Assembly: GCA_963738405.1 (NCBI GenBank)
Contig: CAVTWJ010000022.1
Span: 32,001-96,000, forward strand
Length of the DNA: 64,000 bases
Direction: 5' to 3'
From: a candidate division FCPU426 bacterium
GTDB lineage: Bacteria > Oederibacteriota > Muellerivitia > Muellerivitales > Muellerivitaceae
Shown here: positions 11,092 through 19,962 of the stretch, one piece after another
Numbering within the stretch: position 1 is the first letter of the stretch
Layout of the letters: each line of letters begins with the position of its first letter
Program-made: the position numbers and the translations under genes
Notes under the pieces: generated by a model
Told to the model about the DNA's origin: nothing
Database searches by the model: none
The model's input: the letters and a program-made list of their open reading frames with translations, nothing else

Positions 11092-11746
11092 GTACCCCTT
11101 CCACCACCAAGACTCCAAGACACCAAGAACGACAAAGCAAAGATTGGGGTTTAAAACAATAAAACCGAAGGAATAAACACCCAGTCCACCACAAAGACTC
11201 AAAGACGCTAAGAACACCTCAAAAAAGTTTGGGATAAACAGCCCGCCGAAGAAAAGCCCTCAAAGAAAAACCACGAGTCGAAGGAATAAAAGGATTCACC
11301 GCGAAGAAACACTGCCGGTTCCTCTATGGAACCGGCACAACCAAACCACAGCCCTCAGCTTGTGGCTTCGGGCCAGGTGCAAGACACCAAAAAAAGCCAA
11401 ACAAATATTGGGGTTTAAAGCAAAAAAACCGAAGGAATAAACACCCCATCCACCACTCCCCGAAGGGGATATTTTGATCCCCGTCTTTTTAGGGGAGAAG
11501 ACTCAAATCCCCAGGGGGATCCCGCGATACCAAGTTAAATACGAATGAGGCGGGAGACACTAAGAACACCTTTTGGGGGTAAAACAAAAATCAACACTAA
11601 AGATTCACCGCCCCTTCGACTGACTCAGTGCCATGAGTTTATCGAATGGCAAGACACGAAGAACTACATTAGAAAAGATTTGAAAAACGATATAAATCCG
11701 AATCTCTTTTAGCTTTTCTTGGCGGCTTAGTGTCTTGGTGGTGAAA
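11072..11746. repeat. Composite array of REP-like CACCACCAAGAC(T/A)CCAAGACACCAAG units with nested hairpins
   Basis: CGAAGGAATAA occurs 4 times (~11081, 11166, 11279, 11430); core units at ~11101, 11186, 11296, 11450 and 11605, with an inverted copy at ~11716-11745. Confidence 0.8.
11313..11380 (+). mobile_element. Small palindromic element, intergenic copy
   Basis: TGCCGGTTCC-TCTAT-GGAACCGGCA hairpin plus tail; near-identical to 18893-18959 and related to 12942-13024. Confidence 0.7.
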
Positions 11747-11776
11747 ATTGCCTTAGCTTTGGGGTTTAGGCGAAGC

Positions 11777-12103
11777 CTATTTGTGACGACGGGCGAAAGC
11801 GGAAAACTGATAAAAATACTTCCTGAGGTCGGGGGAGGGGGGGGCACCCTCCAGGAGGCGGCAGGCTTCCTCCCTTAATCGGGCTATTTCCTTGAGGCGG
11901 TGTTTCCACCTCGGGTCCGCGAGGGTCAAGTCCAAAAGCTCCAACATCCGGTCAAAGGCCTTTTGCGATTGTTCCGGATTTTTTTTATTTTTCCAGTTCA
12001 AGGCCCGTTCATACTCGCTTCCCACATTGCCCAACTGCTCCGGAAGGGTGAGGGTGGACCAACGGCCCGAGGATAAGCCGGGATGGGAGGTTTCGGGGGT
12101 CAT
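11777..12103 (-). CDS. Conserved hypothetical helical protein, partner of DUF5674
   Basis: EQLGNVGSEYERA...LELLDLT...KEIARLRE; ATGA overlap with the upstream gene. Confidence 0.7.
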   Translation of the reverse strand: MTPETSHPGLSSGRWSTLTLPEQLGNVGSEYERALNWKNKKNPEQSQKAFDRMLELLDLTLADPRWKHRLKEIARLREEACRLLEGAPPSPDLRKYFYQFSAFARRHK

Positions 12104-12447
12104 GGCACCAGTTTCCGGATGATCGATTCAATTTTGAGGCGGATCGCGTGGTCTTCCACTCCGCGGGACCGGTTGTTTTGGCTGGGCCGGATATTGATCA
12201 TGGAATCGAACTCAAGGAAATCAGTCCCTCCCAACTCCGGATAAAGATTGATGCCCCAGAGATTCCGCTGTTGAGAGCCGTTTTCCAATAAAAAGGCCTC
12301 TTCGTCGGCGTGCAATTCCCCGCCCAGGGCCATGATTTCTTTTTCAACATCCACCACGCCTTTGACCATATCGCCAAAACGCTTTTCGGCGATTTCTTTC
12401 AAGCGTTGGATTGTGATAGGGGCGGTGATCAGTTCAATGGGGTCCAT
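12100..12447 (-). CDS. DUF5674 family protein
   Basis: MVKGVVDVE, GGELHADEE, LWGINLYP and FDSMINIRPSQNNRSR. Confidence 0.8.
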   Translation of the reverse strand: MDPIELITAPITIQRLKEIAEKRFGDMVKGVVDVEKEIMALGGELHADEEAFLLENGSQQRNLWGINLYPELGGTDFLEFDSMINIRPSQNNRSRGVEDHAIRLKIESIIRKLVP

Positions 12448-12456
12448 GAGTTCCGA

Positions 12457-12465
12457 ATTATAACA
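12457..12465 (-). promoter_or_regulatory. Extended -10 promoter (TGnTATAAT), near-leaderless transcript
   Basis: TGTTATAAT lies 9 nt before ATG 12447; no SD. Confidence 0.6.
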
Positions 12466-12583
12466 TCCTTTTCTAATAAATCAGATCGAGGATCCCATCC
12501 TTTTTCTTGTCCGATGCGGGTCCCCTTCGTGGATAAGAAAAAATGAATCAAATCCCGTTTTCGAGTTTCCAGCACCAAACAGT

Positions 12584-13198
12584 TTAGCGATTCGGGAATT
12601 TCCCTTGGATGGTCTTGATCGCCAGAAATAGCGTTTGGGGTTTGTTTGACAAGGGATGGAAACCGTATTTTTGATAAAACCGGACAGCCTGGTCATCCTT
12701 GGCGTCCACGACAACTCCGTAAATTCCAACTTCGTTTGATAAACGCTCAGCTCTCTGTAGGGCATCCACCAAGAGCGCGACACCGATTCCCCGGCCTTGG
12801 TGCCGCTTGTCCACCGCCAATCTCCCGACCCTAACGGCGGGAGCGGGATAACGGGGGAGGCCTTTTGAATGGGGGTGCGGCAACATTTGAGAGTCGATTT
12901 CTGAAGACACGGCGGTGTAAAAGCCCAAAACCTTCCCAGCCGCCCGTACCGAGGCCCCAAACCGGCCTGTCCCCGAAAGGGGAGGCACCCGCTTGGGTTG
13001 TGCCGGTTCCATGGGGGAACCGGCGTCACTCTTCATCTGCGCAACAAATGTTTTGCCGATGTTTCGTTCATGGTTTTGCCGGGCGTATTTCCGCAAATAT
13101 TCATTGAGCTCGAATACCCCGCAATCAAAGGAATCCAAATCCAAATGGCGGGTAATGGCATGAATCTCAAATGCTAAAGGATTCCCCGCGGGGTTCAA
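12584..13198 (-). CDS. GNAT acetyltransferase toxin (TacT/AtaT-like) with an in-frame insertion
   Basis: FDCG..ELNEYL, VGRLAVDKRHQGRGIG and VVDAKDDQAVRFYQKYGF; coupled to DUF1778. Confidence 0.9.
   Translation of the reverse strand: MNPAGNPLAFEIHAITRHLDLDSFDCGVFELNEYLRKYARQNHERNIGKTFVAQMKSDAGSPMEPAQPKRVPPLSGTGRFGASVRAAGKVLGFYTAVSSEIDSQMLPHPHSKGLPRYPAPAVRVGRLAVDKRHQGRGIGVALLVDALQRAERLSNEVGIYGVVVDAKDDQAVRFYQKYGFHPLSNKPQTLFLAIKTIQGKFPNR
12942..13024 (-). mobile_element. Small palindromic element, in-frame copy inside the GNAT toxin
   Basis: Minus strand GCCGGTTCC-CCCAT-GGAACCGGCACAACC...TTTGGGGCCTCGGT; encodes AGSPMEPAQP... Confidence 0.7.
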
Positions 13199-13470
13199 GG
13201 GCGGCTATATTTCTTGATTGCCGCTGACAAAGCCTTATTGGGACGGGGCGGATTTTCCAGGACTTTCATAAATGAATTCCACTCACTTTCGGAAAGGGTG
13301 ATGCGGCTTTGGGTCGTAAGCCCCTCCTGGGCGGCCTTCAAGGAATTTGAAAGCATGAAAGCACTGAGGCTAAGGCCAAAAATCGAGGCGGCCTTTTCAA
13401 GCATGGCCTTGTCTTTCGGGCGGATTCGAATTTCGATTCGTTGTTCCCTAGATTGTGTCGCCGTTGGCAT
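13195..13470 (-). CDS. DUF1778 (TacA-like) RHH antitoxin
   Basis: RIEIRI...LEKAA..GLSLSAFM...ITLSE..W..F...LENPPRPNKAL; AGGAGG SD before ATG 13470. Confidence 0.9.
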   Translation of the reverse strand: MPTATQSREQRIEIRIRPKDKAMLEKAASIFGLSLSAFMLSNSLKAAQEGLTTQSRITLSESEWNSFMKVLENPPRPNKALSAAIKKYSRP

Positions 13471-13659
13471 AAAGCCCTCCTGATTCCTATAAAAGAAGCA
13501 TACCTCATCGTACGGATGATGTCCACACGCATGGTGATCCCATCCCCCGGCCAAGACTTCGCGGCCGTCTCTTCAGTCTAGGCCCTAAGGTTTAAGGTGC
13601 TTAGGGTTTGGCCTGCCTGTAAAATCAGTATCCTATTCATACTTACAAATCACCACCGG

Positions 13660-14823
13660 GTGGAACCATTGAAAAAAATCCTCTTCGTCGAGAGCTATCC
13701 CCAGGTGATGTTCGGCCAACAACGGATACTTTTGTCCCTTTTAGGGTACTGTCCTAAAGCCGGAATAGAACCTGTTGTAGCAGTTACAGGGGATGGCCCT
13801 TTTGTGGACGAAGTGAAGAAGCGTTCTATTCCAGTGATTCCATTCCCCTACCCTGAACTCTTATCCTCCTACGGCGGCGCCATCTATAAGATAAAGGGCT
13901 TTCGGTTTTTGAAGATGTTTTCGCAATTATTGGGTTATGTGTTGAAAATTCGCTCCCAATTGAAACCCCTGGGGTTGGACGGAGTTTATTGCAATGATAT
14001 GCGCGGTTTATTAACGGCGGGTATCGCCGCCCGTTCCCTGGGTTTGCCCCTATTAATCTGGGACAAATTAGATAAACCCCACGGTTGGATGGACTGGTTC
14101 CAATTACCGCTGGTCCAAAAAAACCTCATCATTTCAAACGCAGTCACTCAAAAGTATCCCTCTTGGCAAAAAGCCATTATGAAAAACAAAATCGAACTGG
14201 TTTACGAAGGCGCCAATATAGAAATATTCGACCAAGCCAAATCCATTCGCCCACTTTTGGGTTATACGGATAAGGACATCGTATTGGCCATAGCGGGCTC
14301 GATCACTTTACGAAAAGGGCAAGACCGTATCCTATCCATTTGGCCGGAATTGGTCCAAAAGAACCCAAATCTTCATCTGGCAATCATCGGCTCAACTTCC
14401 GGGACAAAAGAGGATGAACGGTATATTGAGTCACTTCCCAACAAGAATGACGCGAAAATACAATTCTTAGGAATGCGCGAGGATATCCCGAATTTAATGC
14501 GATCGATTGATATATTGCTGGTGCCCTCCCGCCATGAGGGTTTTGGCCTCGTCATCGTCGAGGCGATGGCAGCTTCCCTTCCGGTTATCGGATCTAAAAC
14601 AGGGGGAATCCCCGAGGTGATCGTGGATGGGGAGACGGGGATATTGGTGGAAGGTGACGATTCGGGGGAATGGGCCTCCGCCATTGATCGGTTGGCTTGT
14701 TCGCGGGATTTACGAGAACACATGGGCAAGGCGGGCAAACAAAGGATCGAAAATAGATTCAACAGGCCCATTCAAATGGCAAAGGTTCTGCGGCACTGCG
14801 TGGAAATGATCCATGCCGAATAA
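13660..14823 (+). CDS. Glycosyltransferase family 4 (start uncertain, 13660 or 13669)
   Basis: RKGQD, PSRHEGFGLVIVEAMA and GGIPEVI. Confidence 0.9.
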   Translation: MEPLKKILFVESYPQVMFGQQRILLSLLGYCPKAGIEPVVAVTGDGPFVDEVKKRSIPVIPFPYPELLSSYGGAIYKIKGFRFLKMFSQLLGYVLKIRSQLKPLGLDGVYCNDMRGLLTAGIAARSLGLPLLIWDKLDKPHGWMDWFQLPLVQKNLIISNAVTQKYPSWQKAIMKNKIELVYEGANIEIFDQAKSIRPLLGYTDKDIVLAIAGSITLRKGQDRILSIWPELVQKNPNLHLAIIGSTSGTKEDERYIESLPNKNDAKIQFLGMREDIPNLMRSIDILLVPSRHEGFGLVIVEAMAASLPVIGSKTGGIPEVIVDGETGILVEGDDSGEWASAIDRLACSRDLREHMGKAGKQRIENRFNRPIQMAKVLRHCVEMIHAE

Positions 14824-15982
14824 AAAGAAGATAAAAATCGCCCATTTGCAATTGCTGCCACTTCTATCGGGCGTCCAGAGGGTCACCCTCGACGAGGTGA
14901 CCCATTTGAATCGATCCCTTTTTGACCTCTATGTCATCTGCAAGGAGGCGGGCCCCTTGACCCAAGCCCTTGAAAAGGCAGAAATTCCCTTTTTTTGCCT
15001 TCCCGAATTGGTTCGGGAAATATCGACTATTGAGGATTTTCAGGCCTTTTGGAAACTGGTTCGCCTTTTTCAAAAAGAAAAATTCGATATCCTTCATACC
15101 CACTCCTCCAAAACGGGAATTCTAGGCCGCATGGCGGGAAAGTTGGCCGGGGTTCCAGTAGTGATGCATACGGTTCATGGTTTCGCCTTTCCCGAGGCTA
15201 AGAACATTTTCCTAAAAGCGTTCTATTTCCTCATGGAATGGGTGGGTGCCCGCGTCACAGATAGGCTTATTCTTCTAAACCAGCACGATTATGAGATTGC
15301 CAAGAAATATCTAGGCCTTCCCGAAAGCAAATTGCGTTTGATCCCCAACGGTATCGACACCCTGCGTTATTCCCCGGCTTCCCGTGAAATAAGGAAGCGT
15401 ATTCGGCGAAAATACTTTGGAATCGGCGATAAGGAAATTGCCATTGGCATGGTGGGCCGGCTTTGGCCTCAAAAAAATCCGGAATGTTTTGTTAAAACCG
15501 CCATCCAACTTCTTCAAACCGGAAATAAAACATCGCGTTTCTTCCTTATTGGGGATGGTGAGGAAAGACAAAACCTTGAAAATTTAATAAAAAATAGTGG
15601 TTTTATGAAAGAAATCCAGATTTTGGGGTGGAAAAATAATATTAATGACTTGTTAAGAGGGTTGGATATCTTTGTGCTTCCATCCCGTTGGGAAGGAATG
15701 TCCCTGGCTGTTCTAGAGGCAATGGCAACGTCTGTTCCTGTTTTGGTCTCCGATATTCCAGGAAACCAGGATTTTGTGGAGGAAGACGTCACCGGATATC
15801 TTTTCAACATTAAAAAAGAGACCGTTTTCTTGAAAAAATTGAGCCTCCTTCTTGCCAAACCCTTCCTTAGGAAAAGAATGGGGAGGCAAGGCAGGGAAAA
15901 AATCAAAGAAGATCACTCACTGGCTTTGCGTCTGAATAAAATGGAGCCTCTCTACATAGAACTATTTAAGAACAAATCATGA
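14813..15982 (+). CDS. Glycosyltransferase family 4
   Basis: HTHSSKTG, HTVHGF, GRLWPQKN and PSRWEGMSLAVLEAMA. Confidence 0.9.
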   Translation: MPNKKKIKIAHLQLLPLLSGVQRVTLDEVTHLNRSLFDLYVICKEAGPLTQALEKAEIPFFCLPELVREISTIEDFQAFWKLVRLFQKEKFDILHTHSSKTGILGRMAGKLAGVPVVMHTVHGFAFPEAKNIFLKAFYFLMEWVGARVTDRLILLNQHDYEIAKKYLGLPESKLRLIPNGIDTLRYSPASREIRKRIRRKYFGIGDKEIAIGMVGRLWPQKNPECFVKTAIQLLQTGNKTSRFFLIGDGEERQNLENLIKNSGFMKEIQILGWKNNINDLLRGLDIFVLPSRWEGMSLAVLEAMATSVPVLVSDIPGNQDFVEEDVTGYLFNIKKETVFLKKLSLLLAKPFLRKRMGRQGREKIKEDHSLALRLNKMEPLYIELFKNKS

Positions 15983-16057
15983 TTTTCACTAACCATTTAT
16001 CGTCAATCCTTGCTGGCGGTTTTTCAAAATCTAAGTTCGTGAGTTTCGGAGGCGAAA

Positions 16058-16864
16058 TTGAGGAATCTTGTGATTTTCCTATTGTTAAGACTTCTCTCCC
16101 TTATCCCATTAAAATTTGTTTTTAAGATCACCCGTGGCCTGTTGGCGTCCAAAGGATTCGGTTCCGGCTCTTCACTATTTTTTAGTGGTGAAAATATTGG
16201 CCTCCGCGTCATTTTAGGGAATTGCAAAGATTCCCCGGTGGTTTTCGATGTCGGCGCCTATGTCGGCGAATATACCGAAGCGGTGTTTGAAACTCGAATG
16301 GATTGCAAAGCATTCATATTCGAGCCAGCGCGAAAAACCTTTGACCAATTGAAAAATAAATTAGCCGTTGGAAAATACGCCAACTGTCATTACAAAATTT
16401 TTAATTTCGCCCTGGGCCAACAAAAGGGAGTCGCTACCCTTCATTCCGACAGGGATTTATCGCCATTATCTTCTTTTTCAAAACGGCGTCTGGATCACTT
16501 TAAAATTGAAATGAAACTTCGGGAAAAGGTTCCAGTGAAGACTGTGGACATCGTCTTTTCGGAACAGAAACTCAAAAAAATCGATCTTCTCAAAATAGAT
16601 GTAGAAGGCCATGAGTTGGAGGTATTAAAGGGCGCGGCTAAATGTTTTCAAAAAGGGAAAATCAGAGCTGTTCAATTCGAGTTCGGCGGAAGCGCCATTG
16701 ATACCCGCACCTATTTCCAAGACTATTACTATTTTTTCAAAAAATTGGGATTCGATATTTTTGTCCTAGGCCCCGGCGGCTTGACTCCCATCAATCATTA
16801 TTCATTGGCCTATGAATACTTTTTCACTTCAAACTATTTAGCCATAAGCTCACGTCCAAGTTGA
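16058..16864 (+). CDS. FkbM family methyltransferase
   Basis: FDVGAYVG, FEP and LLKIDVEGHELEVLKG. Confidence 0.9.
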   Translation: MRNLVIFLLLRLLSLIPLKFVFKITRGLLASKGFGSGSSLFFSGENIGLRVILGNCKDSPVVFDVGAYVGEYTEAVFETRMDCKAFIFEPARKTFDQLKNKLAVGKYANCHYKIFNFALGQQKGVATLHSDRDLSPLSSFSKRRLDHFKIEMKLREKVPVKTVDIVFSEQKLKKIDLLKIDVEGHELEVLKGAAKCFQKGKIRAVQFEFGGSAIDTRTYFQDYYYFFKKLGFDIFVLGPGGLTPINHYSLAYEYFFTSNYLAISSRPS

Positions 16865-17080
16865 TAAAACCTCCGGGAAATTTGTCTTTCCTAAAGATCA
16901 ATAAATATATTATGCACAAAGACTGTCCGTTTTAGCCTTTAACCTCCAGTTACCACTTTGTTAAATTTCATTTCCAACCTCCTAGTCGATTGCCAAAATT
17001 CCAATTTTAAATAAATTATTATTGGCGCCAAATTGAGCGTCTTTTTGCGAATCTATCAAGTTGAACTTATGGAGGTTCTT

Positions 17081-19501
17081 ATGGTTCCCGACGGCTTTCC
17101 CTATCCCCTTAATCAAATCGTAATGGTCCCTATTGATGACCTGGAAGATCCCGAATGGAACCCTCGGCCCATTGTGGAAGAGGCTCCCCTCCAAGATTTG
17201 GTGGATTACCTCCAAAGCGGCGGCAAAGTGCCCCCCATTGAGATTTGGGTAGGGGATGGGAAGAAACCCCACCTGGTAATTGCCGGTAAAAGGCGCCGAT
17301 TGGCCTATCGGCGGCTTGGCCGGACAGCCATCGAGGGGATATTCATAGATTGCAGCTTTGAGGAAGCTAGGCGCAGGGCCGTGGCGACCAACCAGGGCAA
17401 CAAACCCTATTGGCTCGGGGAATATGAAAGGGCTGAGTTTGAGAAAGATGCTCACACTGAAATAAAGAGTAATGCGGCGCTCGGGGTGTTTCTGGGCAAG
17501 TCCAAGACTTGGGGAAAACAGGCTATCTCCATGATGAAGCTATTGAGCAAGGAAACCCGAGCCCTGATTTACACCCATTTCGCCCAAAAAGGTCAGGCCC
17601 TGACCAATTCTGATGGAAGTGAAAAAAACACGCCTGAAATTGACGAAAACGGCACCGAAAATCCATCTAAGTCAGAAAAATCAGCCGACAACGAATGGTT
17701 TTTGACGGAATATCCGATGACTGGGATTTTGCCCCTTTTGAAGGGGCGGCCCCAAATCGCGGCCATGAGGCTAGCGGACCGGGCGGTTCCATTTATCATC
17801 CGCTATAAAATGGCCCTCCCCAAGGTTAAGCGGTTGGTGAAATTGCTGATTGAGGGGAAGAGTGACGATGAGATAACTGAGATCTTTGAGAAAAAGCCTC
17901 CCGGAGGGGGCTCCGGGTCCGGCCCAGGTTCGGGTTCATCGGACGAGGGCGGTTCGGATGATGGAGGAAATGGCGGCTCCGGAGGCTCTGGTGGGGGTGG
18001 CGGTTCTACCCCCTCTATAGATACACCAAAAAAGGCAGACGAAACCCCCGAAACGGTCGAAACCGCAAAAGAGCCGAAAGTTACTATTTGGGCCAACCTT
18101 AACCAAATCTGGCAGGGTTTTTTTCAGGCTGGGCTTAAAAGCCTATTGGGCAAACTGCCCAAGAACCCATTGCAAGCCGTCGGGTTTCTTCTCTGGACCA
18201 TCCCCTGGGGTATCCTGCGCATCCTTGGGAAGATATCCCTCAAAGCCTGCCAGATCATTTGGAACCGGGCCCTCAAGTATGTCCACCAAGCCTGTAAGGC
18301 TGTGGCAAATAGGTTTGCGCCCCTCAAGGGTTCTTCCAGTCATTCAAGCCACAGCGGTTCCCGAAGCGGGCAGGACCCCCTAGCCTTTTTAGCCCATTAC
18401 GCCGTCTATTGGCTTTTGACGTTGGTTTTCTATTCGCTGCTCCTTAGCTTCATCGGGTACCTGATCCCGCCCTCAAGGCCCTGGATCAACATCGCGGTCA
18501 AGTACCTGGGCCATTTCTTCGCCCAACTGCCCCTCTGGATTCTTTGGCAGATTTTGAAAAACGCATGGATCGCTTTTGCCTTGGGAGTAGTTTTGATGAT
18601 AGCGATCTTTAAAACCTACAAGCCCAAACCTTTGGAAATACTTCTTTACGCGGTTCTTTTAATCGCGGTTTGGTGGAGCAAGGTCCTTTGGATGCGCTTC
18701 CTGCCGGAAGAGCCTTCATTTTCAATACCAAGAACCGCTACCAAGACCCAAACTGAAACAAACCAAAACGAGATTTCACCACCAAGACTCCAAGACACCA
18801 AGAACGACCAAGGATTGGATAACAACAAACCCCAAAATTCCTCGGTTACAATGGCACAACTCACGGTAAACCCCGCCCCGCCAAGCCGCCCCGCCGGTTC
18901 CTCTATAGAACCGGCACAACCAAGTCACGGCCCTCAGCTTGTGGCTTCGGTCCAGATGCAAGACACCAAGAAAACGCAAAGAAGGTTAACTAAAAACTTG
19001 AAACTCAACACACAAACTTCTTCAACTCCCGCCTTAAATGTGGCCGCACCGAAACACGAGTCGGCCCAGGCAAATGCGGGTTCCGAAGTTCCCGCCCAAT
19101 ACCAAGAACGGGTTCAGCAAGAAAAGGTGTTCCTTAACGTTTTCGCTGGTGATCTTTTCGGCCCCAGCTATCACGATATCCAGGGCTGGATGGCAACCCT
19201 GAAGGGTGAAATCATGGAAGGGTATCAGGACCAGTTTTTCTACGAAAATTACCCGCCCGCCAAGATCCAGGAAATCCAGGACAAGAAGTGGAAAGCCTAT
19301 TTCAAACCCACCCAGCCACCCCAATGGCAAAGTACCGACAGCGTTTCGGATGAGTTCTTGGTGCAGGGGGTGGTGACCACCCAAAGCGATTTGCATTACC
19401 AGGGGGAGGTGGTTTCCACCCAACCGATCACCCTAAAGGTTAGGGTGTACCAGGGAGCCCAGGGCCCGCATGTGACCAAGGTGGAAAAAGCTGTGCCCTA
19501 A
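17081..19501 (+). CDS. ParB/Srx N-terminal domain + HTH + multi-TM segment + C-terminal soluble domain
   Basis: WNPR, PIEI and IAGKRRRLAY (GxxR box), HTH-like SNAALGVFLGKSKTW, Gly/Ser linker, 4-5 hydrophobic helices; GGAGG SD before ATG 17081. Confidence 0.75.
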   Translation: MVPDGFPYPLNQIVMVPIDDLEDPEWNPRPIVEEAPLQDLVDYLQSGGKVPPIEIWVGDGKKPHLVIAGKRRRLAYRRLGRTAIEGIFIDCSFEEARRRAVATNQGNKPYWLGEYERAEFEKDAHTEIKSNAALGVFLGKSKTWGKQAISMMKLLSKETRALIYTHFAQKGQALTNSDGSEKNTPEIDENGTENPSKSEKSADNEWFLTEYPMTGILPLLKGRPQIAAMRLADRAVPFIIRYKMALPKVKRLVKLLIEGKSDDEITEIFEKKPPGGGSGSGPGSGSSDEGGSDDGGNGGSGGSGGGGGSTPSIDTPKKADETPETVETAKEPKVTIWANLNQIWQGFFQAGLKSLLGKLPKNPLQAVGFLLWTIPWGILRILGKISLKACQIIWNRALKYVHQACKAVANRFAPLKGSSSHSSHSGSRSGQDPLAFLAHYAVYWLLTLVFYSLLLSFIGYLIPPSRPWINIAVKYLGHFFAQLPLWILWQILKNAWIAFALGVVLMIAIFKTYKPKPLEILLYAVLLIAVWWSKVLWMRFLPEEPSFSIPRTATKTQTETNQNEISPPRLQDTKNDQGLDNNKPQNSSVTMAQLTVNPAPPSRPAGSSIEPAQPSHGPQLVASVQMQDTKKTQRRLTKNLKLNTQTSSTPALNVAAPKHESAQANAGSEVPAQYQERVQQEKVFLNVFAGDLFGPSYHDIQGWMATLKGEIMEGYQDQFFYENYPPAKIQEIQDKKWKAYFKPTQPPQWQSTDSVSDEFLVQGVVTTQSDLHYQGEVVSTQPITLKVRVYQGAQGPHVTKVEKAVP
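18776..18975 (+). repeat. REP-like core plus palindromic element translated in frame inside the ParB fusion
   Basis: TCACCACCAAGACTCCAAGACACCAAGAACGAC matches 11101; 18893-18970 matches 11314-11390. Confidence 0.8.
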
Positions 19502-19588
19502 TTACCTTTAGGAATTGGGGCAACCTTACCTAACCCGTTTGGGATGTGGATCCAAACGGGTTAGGGACACGGGTTTAAAGCCGCCGGT

Positions 19589-19696
19589 TTGAAATCCCCG
19601 GCTTTAGCCGGGGATGAATGGCGATCGTGCCGAAGGCACGACAAGCGAAGCTTGGGCTTCGTGGAGCCCGGGGCGCTTGCCGGGGGGTTTTCCACC
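19589..19696. mobile_element. Non-autonomous IS200/IS605-type palindromic mini-element (PATE-like)
   Basis: TCCCCGGC-TTTA-GCCGGGGA hairpin at the left; a degenerate CCCGGGGCGCTTGCCGGGGG hairpin then TCCAC at the right; internal TCGTGCC-GAA-GGCACGA; no transposase. Confidence 0.55.
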
Positions 19697-19743
19697 CTTT
19701 AAGGCGGGTTGGGGGATGCCATAGGCCGTGTTAAAATAGGAAC

Positions 19744-19962
19744 ATGATTCGAGACACCGACTATTGGAACCATTGGGAAGATGAACATCGGCGGCAAACG
19801 CCTGTCGACGTGGAACAAAACTTCCGCCTGATGGACGCTATGTACCGGGAAGCCGATCAATTGGGTTTGATTAAACGCATGAACCCCTTGGATGGGCTTG
19901 AAGCGGTTATTCTTTATGCCAAGGCCATCAATGTTCCAAGCCCTTCTCGCCCAGCTGTCTGA
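19744..19962 (+). CDS. Small protein, putative partner of the nucleotidyltransferase
   Basis: 72 aa; overlaps the downstream NTase; TGTTAAAAT -10 box 6 nt upstream. Confidence 0.7.
   Translation: MIRDTDYWNHWEDEHRRQTPVDVEQNFRLMDAMYREADQLGLIKRMNPLDGLEAVILYAKAINVPSPSRPAV

Noticed and set aside
11072..11746. CRISPR array
   Set aside because: Repeats are degenerate, spacing is irregular, the spacers are themselves repeated palindromes, and no cas genes are present.
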